This document shows, one piece after another, positions 38,105-51,634 of a stretch of DNA of 64,000 nt. Under the pieces are notes generated by a model. That model searched no databases. It was not told where the DNA came from and saw nothing but the letters and a program-made list of their open reading frames with translations. The position numbers were made by a program, and so were the translations under genes. Source of the stretch: Lama guanicoe (Eukaryota); contig MU053652.1 of assembly GCA_013239625.1 (NCBI GenBank), forward strand, positions 2,172,001-2,236,000. Direction: 5' to 3'. How positions within the stretch are numbered: the first letter of the stretch is position 1; each line of letters starts with the position of its first letter.

Positions 38105-38800
38105 GCACCTTCCTGTGTTCGTGCCTCAGCAGTCCCTCGCACAATATGCTCTAAATTAATAGCTGCAGGGAGATAATGGTTTATAAAGCAGGAGTTTGTA
38201 TGCAACCAGGGGAAACGTTCTGCTCCTTATTATATAGCTGGGTTTTTTTTCGCAGTCAGATTATAAGCAAACAAGGTTAAATGCACACACAGGCACACAC
38301 AGACACACACACACAAAGAGGCAAATAGGCCTCAATTTTCTGCTCCGTGACCCGCTGCCTCAAACTCCCTTCTTTGGCTTTGTTTTGGTTATTTTTTTCT
38401 TGCTTCCATTTTTCTCCTTGTCCTACAACCCTCCTTTCTTTCTCCTGCTCCTTATACTTTGTCCTTGTTTATTTTCTTTTTCCTTTTTCCCCCTTCTATT
38501 TCTGTGCTTTTTTGGTTTTCTTATGATTCATCCTTTATCTTTCTCTGTGAGGCAGGAGAATGGCGCAGTCAAAAACAAATTGAAAGTCATAAAATTCTAG
38601 AACGGGGTAGGGTCTCAGATACCATTTTGCAAACAAGGAGAATGAGGCAGGTTAAGGTGAAGGGATTTCGTCAAGATAACATGGCTTCTGAGTACTTAGG
38701 ATTGGGGTCCAATTTCCTCTCTCAGAATTCGGTTCCCTTTCCACTATATCAAATCCCTTCTCCTAAGGTCTAGCACCATTTGGTACGTTGAGTGGCTTTC

Positions 38801-39922
38801 TGTTGTGGGGTGAACTGTGTCCCCCAAAATGATTTGTCTGTGAACTAACCACCCCTTCTCTCATACCTGGGAATGTGACCTTATTTGGAAATAGGGGTTT
38901 CGCTGATGTGATCAAGTTAAGATGGCGTAGAACCAGAGCAGGGTGGGTCCTAAACCGAATGACTGGTGTCCTTGTAAGAAGGCTACGTGAGCAGCACTAT
39001 TTACAGTAGCCAGGACATGGAGACAACCTAAATGGCCATAGACAGATGACTGGACAAAGAAGTTGTGGGGGGACTGTGTGTAAACACAATGGAATACTAG
39101 TCATATATATATGGAATATATATAGTCAAATACTGTATTTTTTATATATAAAAAATAATAAAATAATGCCATTGAAGCAACAGGGATGGACCTGAAGATC
39201 GTCATTCTAAGTGAAGTAAGCCAGAAAGAGAAAGAAAAACACCATATGATATCACTTATATGTGGAATTTAAAAAGAAAAGATACAAATGAACTTATTTA
39301 CAAAACAGAAACAGACTCACAGACGTAGAAAACAAACTAATGGTTACCAGCAGGGAAAGGGGGTGGGAAGGGATAAACTGGGAGTTCGAGATTTGCAAAT
39401 ATTAACTATTGTCATGTAAAACAGATAAATAACAACTTTCTTCTGTATAGCACAGGGAACTATATTCAGTATCTTGTAGTAACCTATAATGAAAAAGAAT
39501 ATGAAAAGGAATATACGTACGTATATGATGACTGGAACATTACGCTGTACACCAAAAAGTGACACAACATTGTAAACTGACCATACTTCAATTAACACTA
39601 ATAAATAAAATAAAATACATTTAAAAAGTACGAAGGCTGCATGAAGACACAGGGACCCTGAGACACACCAGAAGAGGGCCTGTGAAGTGGAGGCAGGGCT
39701 GCAGCAAGGCAGCTGCCAGCCAAGGAACACCGAGGGGCCGGCCACCGCCAGAAGCTGGGAGAAACGGGAGACAAGCTGCCCATCAGAGCCTCCAGTAGGA
39801 ACCAACCCTGCCAGCACCTTGAGTTTGGACTCCTCGCCCCCAGCATCCCGAGAGAACACACTTCTGTTGTTTGACGTCGCCGTGTTGTGCTCATTTGTTA
39901 CAGCAGCTGCAGGAGCTAACAG
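38801..39922 (+). mobile_element. MaLR solo LTR (MLT1C/D-like) split by an L1 insertion
   Basis: tgttgtggggtgaactgtgtccccc...gaatgtgaccttatttggaaatagg...; resumes after the L1 with cagagcctccagtaggaaccaaccctgccagcaccttg...tttgttacagcagc. Confidence 0.85.
38991..39631 (+). mobile_element. Camelid-type L1 3' end inserted in MLT1
   Basis: gcagcactatttacagtagcc...ccatacttcaa...; TSD gaaggctacgtga (38978-38990) / gaaggctgcatga (39632-39644). Confidence 0.93.
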
Positions 39923-41944
39923 CGCTTCTCACGCTCACGCGGCAAATACCGCGCAGACCGGAGACTACAATGCAGACCTGCAGCCCGTCGGCCGCAGGCC
40001 CGCTCCTCCGCCACCAGGCGCTGCTGCCTCACCTAGACAAAGAGCACCACAGGAACATCTCCCATGGGCAAGAGGCTGGACCTGGGATTTCTGAGATACA
40101 CGCAGTGCAGGACACGGTCCCTGCCTGTAAGATGCTTCTGAAAGACTCAAATGAGGAAGGCCATGCTAAGAGATGGCTGTGGGGCTGTCCCAAAGGGGCC
40201 GGGCTGCCACTGCCCCAAATCACCAGAACCTAAAGCTCCATCCAGAGGGAGAAAAGGGCAGCCTCCTATCTCCAGAGCAGGACTCCCCTCAGACCCTACC
40301 TCTGCAGGGAAGCCAGCTCTCCGGGATGGTGAGTGCAGGCCCGGCAGTGCCCCGTGCAGACCGATACTCTGGGAGCCAGCGGCTGCCTGAGGCCTGGCTG
40401 TGCAGGCTGGGGACTGTGTGACCCCGCCGTGTGCCCCTAGGCACCCGAACACACCCTGGGCTCGCCTTGGCTTGACCTGAGCAAGTGAGGAAGGGTCGGC
40501 AGGGCCTTGGAACACCCACACCCCCAGGCCTGCATTTTGGCCCAGCTTCCGAGCCCTTTGGAGGTGGCTCCTCCAGGCCCAGAGGGGAGCTCTTCTTCCT
40601 GTGTTGAGGGGGAGCTGGGGGGGAGGGGGCCGGGCGCTAGGGCTCTGCCAAAGCCAAAGCTGACCTTTGAGTCCCCAGAGCAGCGGAAAACAGGTGGCAG
40701 GGCCTGGAGCTCTGGGCCCTGTTCAGTTGTGACTCTGGGTGACTTGCCTGTTCTTGGCTTCCAGCAAATTAAAATGTCCTTTATATTTATAACAGGGACA
40801 ATAATCCACCTCAGGTTTTGAAGTCAAGGCAGAATAGAGTCAGTTCTGCTCTCTTGTCAGATGCTAATCTGACGCGCTGATAATGAAGAAAGGAGAAGGA
40901 AATCAGAGGGGAAAACCAGGTTGGTCTGTGTAGTGAGAGGATTTGCAAGGCAGGTGGAGCGGGGAGCTTCGAATTAAAATTCAATACGAGGAGGCAGGGA
41001 AATCAAATGCAGAGAGACTGGCCTGAAAGCGATACAGGAGTTGATGGGAGAGAGAGAGACACAGAGGGAGACAGAGACACAGAGACAGAGAAAGAGACTG
41101 AGAGAGAATGACAGCTGGGCCGGCTTAAGCAGAGAAGAATTGGAAGAAACAGAATAATAATGCGGTACATCTGAAATCAGATTATAGCTCCCTCTCCTGA
41201 ATTAACTCTGGGGAGAAGGCTGAGGGCAGAGCGGGGGGGGGGGGGGATATTTTTTATTTTAGTTTCCCTGTTTAGTTTGTGAGTTTGGGCTCTTCTAGGT
41301 GGGGAGGGAGGTTGGTAAAGCATTAAGAATTAAAGGAGAGAAGCAGGGGAAAGGAGAAAAAAAAAAAAGGTGTCTTCTGTGTATAGCTCCAGAGAAAGTT
41401 CAGAACCAGTTTAGGCTGCTTTTGCCCCTGGTCTTGAATAAAAAGACTAAACAGAAAAGCAGTGTCTTTGTTTTCTTTCCATCCAGAAAATGGAGAGTAC
41501 AAAAAGACATTCTATTTCCAAAGTTTGAGTTTACACCCGGCATGCCCCTCCCAATGGATGTCTCTTTGTTCCTTGGTTTTGGGGACAGTACAAGCTCTGT
41601 GAGATGCTCTGGAGATCCCCCAAAGTACATCACATGACCCCCACTTTAAGGCAGAGCTTCCCAAACATGTCTTCCAAATTCACTGAGAACTCACCTAGCT
41701 GTTTCCCTATGATGTGGGAAAAATTAAAACCAGACATAATTTTACCGATATTAGTAAAACCGTCAAAGGATTCTAAGTGTAAGAAAGTGACTCCTTCTAC
41801 TCTGAGCTTCAGCCAGCGTCCTCTCACTCTGCCCACTGGCTGTCATTTTCTAGACCACAGCTACTCCCATGCTGGAAAGTACCTGTCTCGGCCAGTACGT
41901 TTCTCCATGTTAAATAAAACCGAGTCTCTTGACTCCCCTTCACT

Positions 41945-42140
41945 CTCTTGGTCAGCTCGGGTGGCTATACCAAAGTACCAGAGACTGGGTTAGTCATGAA
42001 CCACAGAGATGTAGTTCTCATGGTTCTGGAGGCTAGAAGTCTAAGGTTGGGGCGCCAGCACGATGGGGTTCAGGAGCCTGAGCTGCAGGCTGACTTCTTC
42101 TTCTTGTGTCCTCACAGGGTAGAAAGGAGGGTGAGAAGCA
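41945..42140 (-). mobile_element. MaLR LTR fragment (MLT1A-like)
   Basis: ggctataccaaagtaccagagactggg...ttctcatggttctggaggctagaagtctaag...ttgtgtcctcacagggtagaa. Confidence 0.8.
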
Positions 42141-43584
42141 TATGAGATGTAAGTCAGAGCAAGACAAGGTTTAGAATACCCTTTTATGTCCTCCTGCACC
42201 CAGCCATCATCATCAGCATCATCATGACCCATTTGTCCTTGGTGTTCCCTGCCAGAGAGTGAGACCTGGAGGACAGGGGTGCTGTCAGGTAAGCCTTGGG
42301 TCCCCAGCACCTACCGTCACTCCCATTCCAAAGGCAGGAACAAACTCCCCAGGACTTGCACTCTGCCTTGGCTGCTTTGGGCCCAGTGATGCTTGCATCC
42401 ACACAAAAGACCCCCTCCCGCCTCTTGCTCAAATGAAGTCCTCCCTGGAGAAAGCCCAGCATTTATTGAGTGCCACCTGCCACATGGGTTAATCCAGCCC
42501 TCCATTTTTCCTTCATGGCCAACCCCATTTCAACCACAGCTGATGTCCCATCTGACCCGTTGAGAAATGAGGGGTGATAAATCGCTGTTCGCTGGCCCAG
42601 CCCTGGCTCACCGCCACCACCACCGCCTCTGCCTCCACACCTCAGAAGAAAGACTCACAGGAGCCACAGATGACGCCGAACTTCAATTAGGCCCTGCTGG
42701 CAAATTAGTCACGCAGGGTGACATTTTCCAATCACAGAACATTAGCATCCTCCCTAATTATGAAATTGTGAAGTTGACATGTTTGGGAGCAAACAAGACC
42801 AGCGCTCTCAGCATCTCGAGTGTGCACACAGAAGCTCACATGCCTGCATGCACACACACGTGCAGGCACATGGAGCCATGGGACAATGGGACCTGCTTCT
42901 CCTCTAACGATGTTAAAAGTGGACTTTGCATTTTGCTTAGGAGAGAGGAAAATGACATGAAGGAAATGCCTACATCTCAGGAACCATTTCTAAGAATTTC
43001 ATGGATGAAGAGAATGGCAGAAAACGATGGCTGTAGTGCTAAGAGTGTTACCCCAGCCTAGACAAAACCGTCTGCTCTTTTGATTCAAGCCAAGCAGCCA
43101 CTCGCTTAGGGGTGAGATGCAGCCACTCACTGCCTCTGACACACACCTACCTTTGTGGGACTCACTGGACCTGACCTCCCCCACCTCACCTGTCACAAGG
43201 AAACATCTACTTCTCCAGAGTCATTCATTCAGCAACAACTTACTGAGTGTCTACTGCATGCCAGGCACTGCTGAAGGCCCTGAAGACAGTGGTGAACGAG
43301 GAGCTACCTGAACACATCTGCACATGACTGATGCTCTTACAACCGTAACACAAGGATGCCGGCTTGGGGGTTTCCCTGGTTGAATAGGCAGCTCTTCCCA
43401 GGTCAAGAGTCCATTCTGAGCAGCTCTTCCTGCTGGAACCTCCCCATCAGTGAATAGTAGATACAGTTTGTGTCACCAGAAAGGAATGAAGGTTTAGAGA
43501 GTGTGAAAAGTATATAAGTGAGTAGGTATAGGCATGTCCATATTAAAGATGAGGGAAATAAAGAGAGAATAAATGATTTGTGCA

Positions 43585-43730
43585 TTATATATATTACATG
43601 TATTATGTATTATATACATAAAATAAATATAATACATGTACATATGTATATACGTGTGTTTATATAAAGGTGTACGTTCATGTGTGTATATATGTGTGCA
43701 CGTGTGTGTGTGTATTATGCATGTGTGTAT
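43585..43730. repeat. (TA)/(TG)-rich low-complexity tract
   Basis: Directly visible alternating purine-pyrimidine sequence. Confidence 0.85.
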
Positions 43731-44899
43731 GATCCACTTCCATATTCTGTTTATTTCAGAGTTACTAGAAGGGACAAATAAGCATGCGTTAATTTTCTAG
43801 CAAAGCATCTAGCACACAATGGACATTAGTAAGTATTATCTATCACTCATCTTGCTGCCTTCACTCTAGGACAATCTGAGTTGATGACAAGCCGGCTCCT
43901 CCACGCTGCACCATCCAGGCTGCATGTCCGAAGAACACATCTGCACTTGCAGATCTGCTCAAATAAAGCCTCGCCCCCACCCCACCTCTTCCTAAAACCA
44001 CTGCCTGATCCAGCCTGGTGCCACCTGTCTCTTTCCCAGCCTGTCTTAGGGGTGACATGGCCAAGTCAACGGGGCAGAGACAGCCACCGTCTTGCCAGCA
44101 AGCCCAGCACTGCCTTGCATGGAGCATGTGAAACACAGTCTCTCATTGGATTTACACTTCGCATGTCCTCCATCAGGGCAGAATTACAGGAGCACTGCGT
44201 GCGATGGAGCTGGCTCGGGCTCCGGAGTGCCCTGGCATTAATCTCCTGTCTGCCACTCTCCAAGACTCCAAGCACACCAGCTCTAGTTATCAGCCAGCGG
44301 AAGGACTTCTCGGCCAGTGTTTGTTTGACTTATTGCTCTCTCCCGTTCTAAGCTGCATCAGAACAGAATATCTCAGACAGAGCCCAGCCCCCTCCTGGTG
44401 GCGTGCTGCCAGTCATGAAGACGTCATTGGAATGTCTCGTCTTTTTTTTTTTAATGCCGTTCCTTGTCGCCATAGATTGATCTGCCAGTTAAATATTTAG
44501 ACATGCTCATCCGCCTTTGTTATAAAACACCGCGTGACTTTGAGCGATGAGCAAGGAGGCACTGAGGCTGTAGCTATTCCCTGCCTGGGACACGGGGAGA
44601 GATGGAGGCTGTGACAAGAGGAGAATGCCACCCCCTGCATCTACATGTCTCTGCCAAAATCCAATCAACTGACTTCAGCAAGGTCACCACACTCAACCTC
44701 CGGAGCTTGAGAAGGGCTGAGAAGGGGTAGCCAGTTCCTATCCTCAGATGGCCAAGTTCCTGGGTTCTGCTCAACCAGATCCCCTGGCTGCTCTCAGTCA
44801 GTCTGTCCTGCCCCAGCCTTCTCAATTATCAAATGGTTTTCATGTGAGTTAGCTTGAGTCTTCTTCATAGCATCCCTGTGAAAGCTAAAAGTGCCAGCA

Positions 44900-45100
44900 A
44901 TATGGCGCAACACTCATTATCTCATTTAACTGTCACAGCAATCCCTCGTGAGATGGGAATGATTGTCCCAACTCACTAGTGAGGAAGCTGAGGTTCATAG
45001 AAGTTAAATGAATGGTCGGCCAGGGTCACTCAGGAGGGAAAGAGGATTCTATAACTAGAACTCAGGCATCCCAACTCCCACGGATGTGTTCTTTCCACCA
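44900..45100 (-). mobile_element. MIR SINE
   Basis: cattatctcatttaa...gtgaggaagctgaggttcatagaagttaaatga...ccagggtcac. Confidence 0.8.
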
Positions 45101-46929
45101 GATATTCATAGAAAGTCACCACCAACGTGGTGTTTGATCAGCTCTGCCAAAAAGCCCCTTTATTACTTGGCAACTTCTGCAGAGGCACAAGATCTTTCCT
45201 GGGAAATCTGGCTAGTTCCTGTTCACAGGAAGAAGTCAAAGGCCAAAGAGACTGAACCACTCAGCTCCCAGCTTGAACACTTAAACTAGAAGGTACTCTT
45301 CAGAGCTATGGCCATCAAAGCCCCGGGACCCTGCTCTGCATTGACTGCAATAAAGTGGACTTCAGAAGATGGGGGGTCATTAGTAACTCTCCCAGGGCAG
45401 CCTGGAAGCGTCTTGGGCAAGGTGAGGGCAAGGTGGCCCCACATGGGCCACAGAGGACAGCACGGTGTGGAGGCTGTTTGAGCCCATGGCGCCTCAAGCC
45501 CAGCGTCTGCTCTGATGGCGAAAGAGAAGTGTGCAAAGAAACCCTTTCATTCCCCTGTTTCAGAAACAAGCAGGTGCTTTTTCATCTAAGTAGTTGGCAG
45601 AGGAGGAGAAAGGAGGGGAAGGGAAGCTGGAACTGTCCGAGAAGAAGGCTAAGCTGAGGACCGCATGGGATCAAAGACTCCAAGCAAAGAAGCAACCACT
45701 GCTGAGAGTGTTCACAGCTCTGCAGGGAACAGCCAGAGGGAAGGGAGTGGTAACTGCGTCCCGCTCTCTCACTTTCCAGGTGAGAAAACTGAAGCTTCGA
45801 GAGAATCATAAGTGCCTTTCAGAGGGTCCTACGCTTGTCCAGTAGCAAGAACTCAGATTTTCTAACTCCCAGTCCAGCTCACTCATGCTCTCTCCCTCCC
45901 TCTCTCCAATTCTGTCTCTCAGCTCTGCTTCTCTCTATGCACTGATCCAATTTCTTTCCCACTGCGAATGCTCTTCCATGGGATGGATGGGGCTCCAGAT
46001 GGACCCAATTTACACAACTTTTGTTGGTGACATACAAGAAAAGGGAAGACTTCCCCCTCTTGGTCCACAGATCAGTGTTGCTTGAGCCACATCCACAGTC
46101 CTTGGCTTAAAAAAAGCACCTGTGAAGGGGGAGGCACAGGTACTAGAATCAGAAGCCTCCACCAGGATGACAAGAAAAGGAAGAGAGGCAGTTTCCCAAG
46201 AGAAATGACAGTGCTCTGCCCAGAAACAAAAATCAAGACAAATACAGCCGATGCCCACGTACAAAGGCAACCCAGCCATTCTTGCTTCATGAGATGGGTT
46301 TTTAAAAAAGCAGTCTCAGAATTTTCTATAGAACGTTTTACATTCTATATTCAAGGAATAGGGAAGAGAAAGCCTAATTTGGGCTTCTTGTCCTAACTCA
46401 TATTTTCCAAATCACATTTTTTCAGAGAAGGCCTGCCTCTGGAGTAATCGTGAGCTTTGCCGAGGTGCTAATAAAATGGCATGTTTTCCCATTTGACTAC
46501 TGTTCCTTGTGAATATCCTTCTTCCATTAGGAACCTTGAAGGAGAAGAAGGTGAAAAAGAAAAGAATCAGAGATAATATTCCATCCAAATCGTTTGCATT
46601 TCTTAACCCTCTGTGCCCCACCACCTGACGATAACCAGTTTGCAATCTCCTCCTGAACCTGCACTTGTAAAAGTCAATGGAAGAGGTCAAGGAAGAAGAC
46701 AGGGGAGAAGAGAATAAAATGGGATGTGCAGTCAAGAGAGGCTGGCACCTGCTCGCACCTGCTCCCACCTGGGTGGCAGACTTCAAAAGATGCTAAGCCA
46801 AGCATCAGAGTTCTTCCCCACCACCCTCACCTCTACATCAGCTCCTTGGAAGGCTCTGTATTAGGAGTCTCCAAGACCACAGCTGACGATGTTGATAATG
46901 ATGGACGGTAGTGTGTGGACAACCCAGGG

Positions 46930-47150
46930 ACCGGTGTTTGTCCCACCACTTACCAGATGAGTGACCCTGAGCAAGTCACTCAACACCTGTGATCCTCCGT
47001 CTCCTCACCTGTAAAATAGGTATAGTGGTTGTGACCTATCTCCCAGAGTTGCCTTGAGAAGTAAATGAGACAATGTCTTTAAAATGTGTAGAATGGTGTC
47101 TGGGACATAGTAAGTACTCAAAAAGTATTAGGTGTGCTGTTGTCATTAGC
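46930..47150 (+). mobile_element. MIR SINE
   Basis: ccacttaccagatgagtgaccctgagcaagtcact...tctcctcacctgtaaaatagg...acatagtaagtactcaa. Confidence 0.85.
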
Positions 47151-48083
47151 AGCGCTGTGTATGTTGAGCCCACAAATGGAAGGAGAGGTATGTTTCAATC
47201 ATATACACACTGTTTTAATGAATCAACTACAAGCCCATTGAAAACAGGCACTGAATTGAAAACAGTGTCTCCTATAGGAATTAAATGTTTTCTCAATCAG
47301 TAAGCACTCAGAGTTCAGCTACTCCCATACTGAGTTTGTTTCCTTTTTTTTTAAATTAAAAGAATCTGCATACTCAAAAAAGGCTGAGAGGCACAGTGCA
47401 CATCACAGTGCAGTCTTCACATTGGCTTAGATTCTACAGAAGTTATGACTCAAATCCTAAGATGAGTACTGTATCTCTGTCATTTTCAGAGAGTGATGCT
47501 CTTTCTCTATTGCCCTTTGCTACTGTTGCTTACAAAGAAATTAGGTAGAATTCATGGCCTCAGCAAGCATTAAATATCCCCATCTGTCCTGCCTACCCTA
47601 GGAGTTTTGCTCACCTGGATTTTTCTCTCCTGCCTGTGATGGATGGTCAGGAGCCACACTGTCAGATTGACTTCCAATCCATAAATAGCTCTGCCATTTA
47701 GATGCCATGGGGATAACATTAATACCAAACACAAAGGCTAAATAAAAAGCCTTTAGCAACTGAATGGCCCTTAGATTTCAGAGTTATTGATCCAGTGGAG
47801 CCTGCTAAGTTATTATGGCTACAGTTCAGCTCAGGGAAATCTGTGATCCAGAGAAAAGTTAGCAGAAGTCACAGTCACCTTTAACTACAAAGGACAGTAA
47901 AGGGGCTGTGGAGACAGCTCATTGCCCCATCTATATAGTTGTATTCTGAGGCCTGAATTCATTCCTCCACATTCAGAGCGAACTTGGGGAGCCAGCCCTG
48001 TGACTCAGTTTCCCCAGAACAACAAGAGCTCAAAATTTCCAGCACTTCTAACTTTTGTTTTTCATCTCACAAAACTTCTCCAA

Positions 48084-48891
48084 CAGAGAAATGCAAATCA
48101 AAACTACAATGAGGTTATCACCTCTCACCAGTCAGAATGGCTACCACTAAAAAGTCCACAAATGATAAATGCTGGAGAAGGTGTGGAGACAAGGGAACCC
48201 TCCTACATTGTTGGTGGGAATGTAGTTTGGTGCAGCCATTATGGAAAACAATATGAGTCTCCTTAAAAAAAAACTGAAAATAGATTTACCATATAATCCA
48301 GCAATCCCCCTCCTGGGCACATACTTGGAGGAAATTCTAATTCAAAAAAATATATTCACCGCAATGTTCACAGCAGCACTATTTACAATACTCAAGACAT
48401 GGAAACAACTTAAATGTGCCTCAACAGATGACTGGATAAAGAAGTTGTAGTATATTTATACAATGGAATGCTACTCAGCCATAATAAAATAATGCCATTT
48501 GTAGCAACATGGATGGACCAGGAGACTGTCATTCTAAGTGAAGTAAGCCAGAAAGAGAAAGAAAAATACCATATAATATCACTTATATGTGGAATCTTAA
48601 AAAATGACACAAATGAACTTATTTACAAAACAGAAAGAGATTCACAGACATAGAAAACAAACATAGTTACCAGCGTGGAAGGGGGCTGGGGAAGGATAAA
48701 CTGGGAGTTTGGGATTTTCAGATACTAACTACTATATATATAAAATAGATAAACAAGGTCCTACTGTACAGCACAGGGAACTTTGGTCAATATCTTGTAA
48801 TAGCCTGTAATGAAAAAGAATATGAAAAGGAATATATATATACATACATGTGTGTATATATATATAACTGAATCACTATGCTGTACAGCAG
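48084..48891 (+). mobile_element. Camelid-type L1 3' portion lacking its terminal ~50 nt and A-tail
   Basis: cagagaaatgcaaatcaaaactacaatgagg...; ORF fragments [16 protein letters not shown] and ILSEVSQKEKEKYH; ends abruptly at ctatgctgtacagcag. Confidence 0.92.
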
Positions 48892-49129
48892 CCTTGAAAG
48901 TAAGGTAAAGCTTGCCTGAATCTCGGTGCCAAATGCTCTCAGTATGGGTACCAGTTATTTACAGGAGTCGCCGGGAAGTCTGGCTGCCCGGCACCTGGGG
49001 AATCTGGAGGCTGAGGATGCTACATACACACAGCTCCCCCTGCTGGTTGGGGGAAGGCAGACGCTGGCCCCAGTTAGATTGTTACCAAACTACCTGAAGT
49101 GACCTCGGAGACATTCAGTGGCCAATATT

Positions 49130-49755
49130 ACTTGCTCTGAACACTTGGGTTTTTGGACTGCTGGGCTCTTCCTGTGGTGGTGGTGTAGGGGGTAGCATAA
49201 GGGAGAAAGAACAGAAAAGGCTCTCTAGGGCTCCCATGAGATTCTCTGTCTCTTCCTCCCAGGAGAAATTCTCCAATAGGTTGTATGGCTGGGCCATGTG
49301 ATTCACCATCAAGGCAATGTGAAGAAGCCAAAATGGGCAAACACAGAGGAGTGGTGACCACTCACAGTGATTCTCCCTTCTCTGAGAGTCGTCCTGAAAC
49401 ACGGAGATTTGATTTGGTACCCGGCCATGGCTGCTGCATTCATTTGTAGACCCCAAAGTAAACTTGGACCAATCACATTTTCTTCCAACTGGGGATTCAT
49501 GTTCAGGGTGGTCAGGACCCAGGCTGAGAAATGTAAGCACTGAGTTGCACAGTGGCAGTGACCAGCAGTAGGAGGTCCAGGTCTCCCTCCCATGGAGTCT
49601 CCAGATACACCCCAGTTTTTTTCCCCTTTCTGGCTCTTTGTTGTTTAACATGTTTTTTTGAGCCAGAAATTCCCCATTATCCCTCCAGAAAATTCTTCTT
49701 TTGCTTAAACCAGCCAGAATTGGTTTCTGTGCTTTGAAAACAACTCTCTTAATTA
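49130..49755 (+). mobile_element. Old ERVL/MaLR-type solo LTR (subfamily uncertain)
   Basis: The 3' end tgagccagaaattcccc...aaattcttcttttgcttaaaccagccagaattggtttctgtgctttg is typical of old MLT1/LTR ends; the left boundary is uncertain. Confidence 0.55.
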
Positions 49756-50289
49756 GTGTGCATGGAATAACTGTTTTCAAACTCTTCTGAATTGTTCTCA
49801 TATGTAAACTGCTCTGAAGGGGAGATAAAAAAATAGGTTCCTTTCATAAATTTCTGGGACAAACAGCTTTTAAAAAAAAAATCAAAGACCTTCTTTACAA
49901 TTAGCAGAGGGCCGTGATTTTCCGAAATTTCCATTAATGTAAAAACTATGTTGGTAAAGAAAGAGAAAAAGAGTTGCCTGGGAAAAATTGGTCATAAGCT
50001 CAAAAACTCAGCCTTTGAGGGAGTCTTTTCTCTGTTCGCAATGAGTGGGAGCAAACAAGGGAAGGAGGGCTGGCAGAGCTCTGGGATGGAGAACGTGGTG
50101 TAGGCTAAGAGATCCAGATTCAAACGCAAGCATCTCTCACCTGGCTTGATTTGGGGAGGCAGTGTGGGGCATGAGCTTGGTTGCCACTTCTCAGCTGTAA
50201 GATTTTGGTCATTCTCAGTGGCAGGTTATAACAGCTGCTGTTTGCATCTGGAGACATACACAGTGCCTGTCATCACAGCCCAGTGGTTA

Positions 50290-50520
50290 AGGATAGGTTT
50301 GAGTGACACTACCCACATTTGAATCCTGGCTCTGCAAGGACCTGAAGAAGCTATACTTCAACTCTCTGAGTCTCAGTATCCTCATCTTTACAAGGAGGGT
50401 AGTAGCAACCTACCTCACAGGGTTTCTGTAATAATAAAGTAAGATTTAAAGTGTAAAGTGCTTAGAAATCTAACTGCCAATAAGTAAGAGCTCAGAGAAA
50501 GGTTGGCTGCTAATATTATG
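50290..50520 (+). mobile_element. MIR SINE
   Basis: cagtggttaagga...ttgaatcctggctctgc...ctctgagtctcagtatcctcatct...acctacctcacagggtt...gtaaagtgcttagaa. Confidence 0.88.
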
Positions 50521-51284
50521 ACATTATATTCCAGCACCACTCTAAACTAGATAGCTAGAGAAAAAGAGATAGGAAGGCATTCTAGAAGCAAAACTTAGGG
50601 AACATTTTTTGAAAAATGGTTTATTTTTGTGAAGGAGCTGTTATTATCCTCTAGAACTAATTAGAGAAGTGATGAAACACTTAACACTTTGCCTCCTCCA
50701 ATAAATGCTAAGTAGGGTTATTAGACGGATCAGCAGGAGAAGAGTGAGAAGTGATTTTTTTGAAAAAACTCTGTATCAGGCTAAGGACATTTTTGACACT
50801 TGAACCACCAAAAGAAAGTTAAGTATTCTCCTGATAGCTGAGTAGGGAGACCAAGATGAGGTTAAAGTGGTAATTAATGGCCTAAGAGGATGAGATGAAA
50901 AGGTACTTAATTTGAAGAAAGACATTTTTATTTTCCTTAATATTGTTCTATACTGTTTTCCCTTGTTTTAGCTCACAAATTAAGGACCCATAGTTATATT
51001 GACAAGGAGTTGTGTTTTTGTAGGAAAATGTATGAGGCTTGATCAAACAGTACATTTCTATTTCCTTCCAGTAACTCATGTGCTGGATCTCATGGTAAGC
51101 TATACCACCCACCTGGTGAAGGCTGACACCTTAGGTATTTTATCATTTACCTCATTTCATGCCTTATTTCACTTCATTAGTTCATTTAGTACAAACAACT
51201 CTATATGGCAGGGATTGCTTTCCTCATTTAACAAGAAGTCAAGATACAAGAACCTGTATCAATTCATCCTAGTAGGGCAGAAAC

Positions 51285-51520
51285 GGTAAAAGCTAACATT
51301 TTATTGAGAGCCTTCCATGTGCCAATCACTGTGGAAGGCATTTTTCCAAATATAACCCCTTTTCATCTTTATAACAACCTATTATTATTATTGTAGTTTT
51401 TTTACAAAAAATGAAATTAAGGCTTAGAGAGGTTCTGTAATGTATTAACTTCACACAGAGAGGTGGGGGCTGGATTTGAACCTGACTCTTAACGTGACTT
51501 GATGCCAGTGCTACATGAGA
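51285..51520 (-). mobile_element. MIR SINE
   Basis: agctaacattttattgagagccttccatgtgcca...taaggcttagagaggtt...ggatttgaacc. Confidence 0.8.
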
Positions 51521-51634
51521 GGAAGATTCGAGCCCAGGTCTCTAGTGAGGATCCATCTCTCCAGCTCCTCCATGCCTTTCAGGTCCCAGCAGAAACAATC
51601 TGCCTATATATTCTTGGTATTAAAAATGCTACAT

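Noticed and set aside
49115..49801. Longest ORF in the window (228 aa, minus strand)
   Set aside because: It has no recognisable domain and lies antisense over an old LTR-like sequence; a chance ORF is the simplest explanation.
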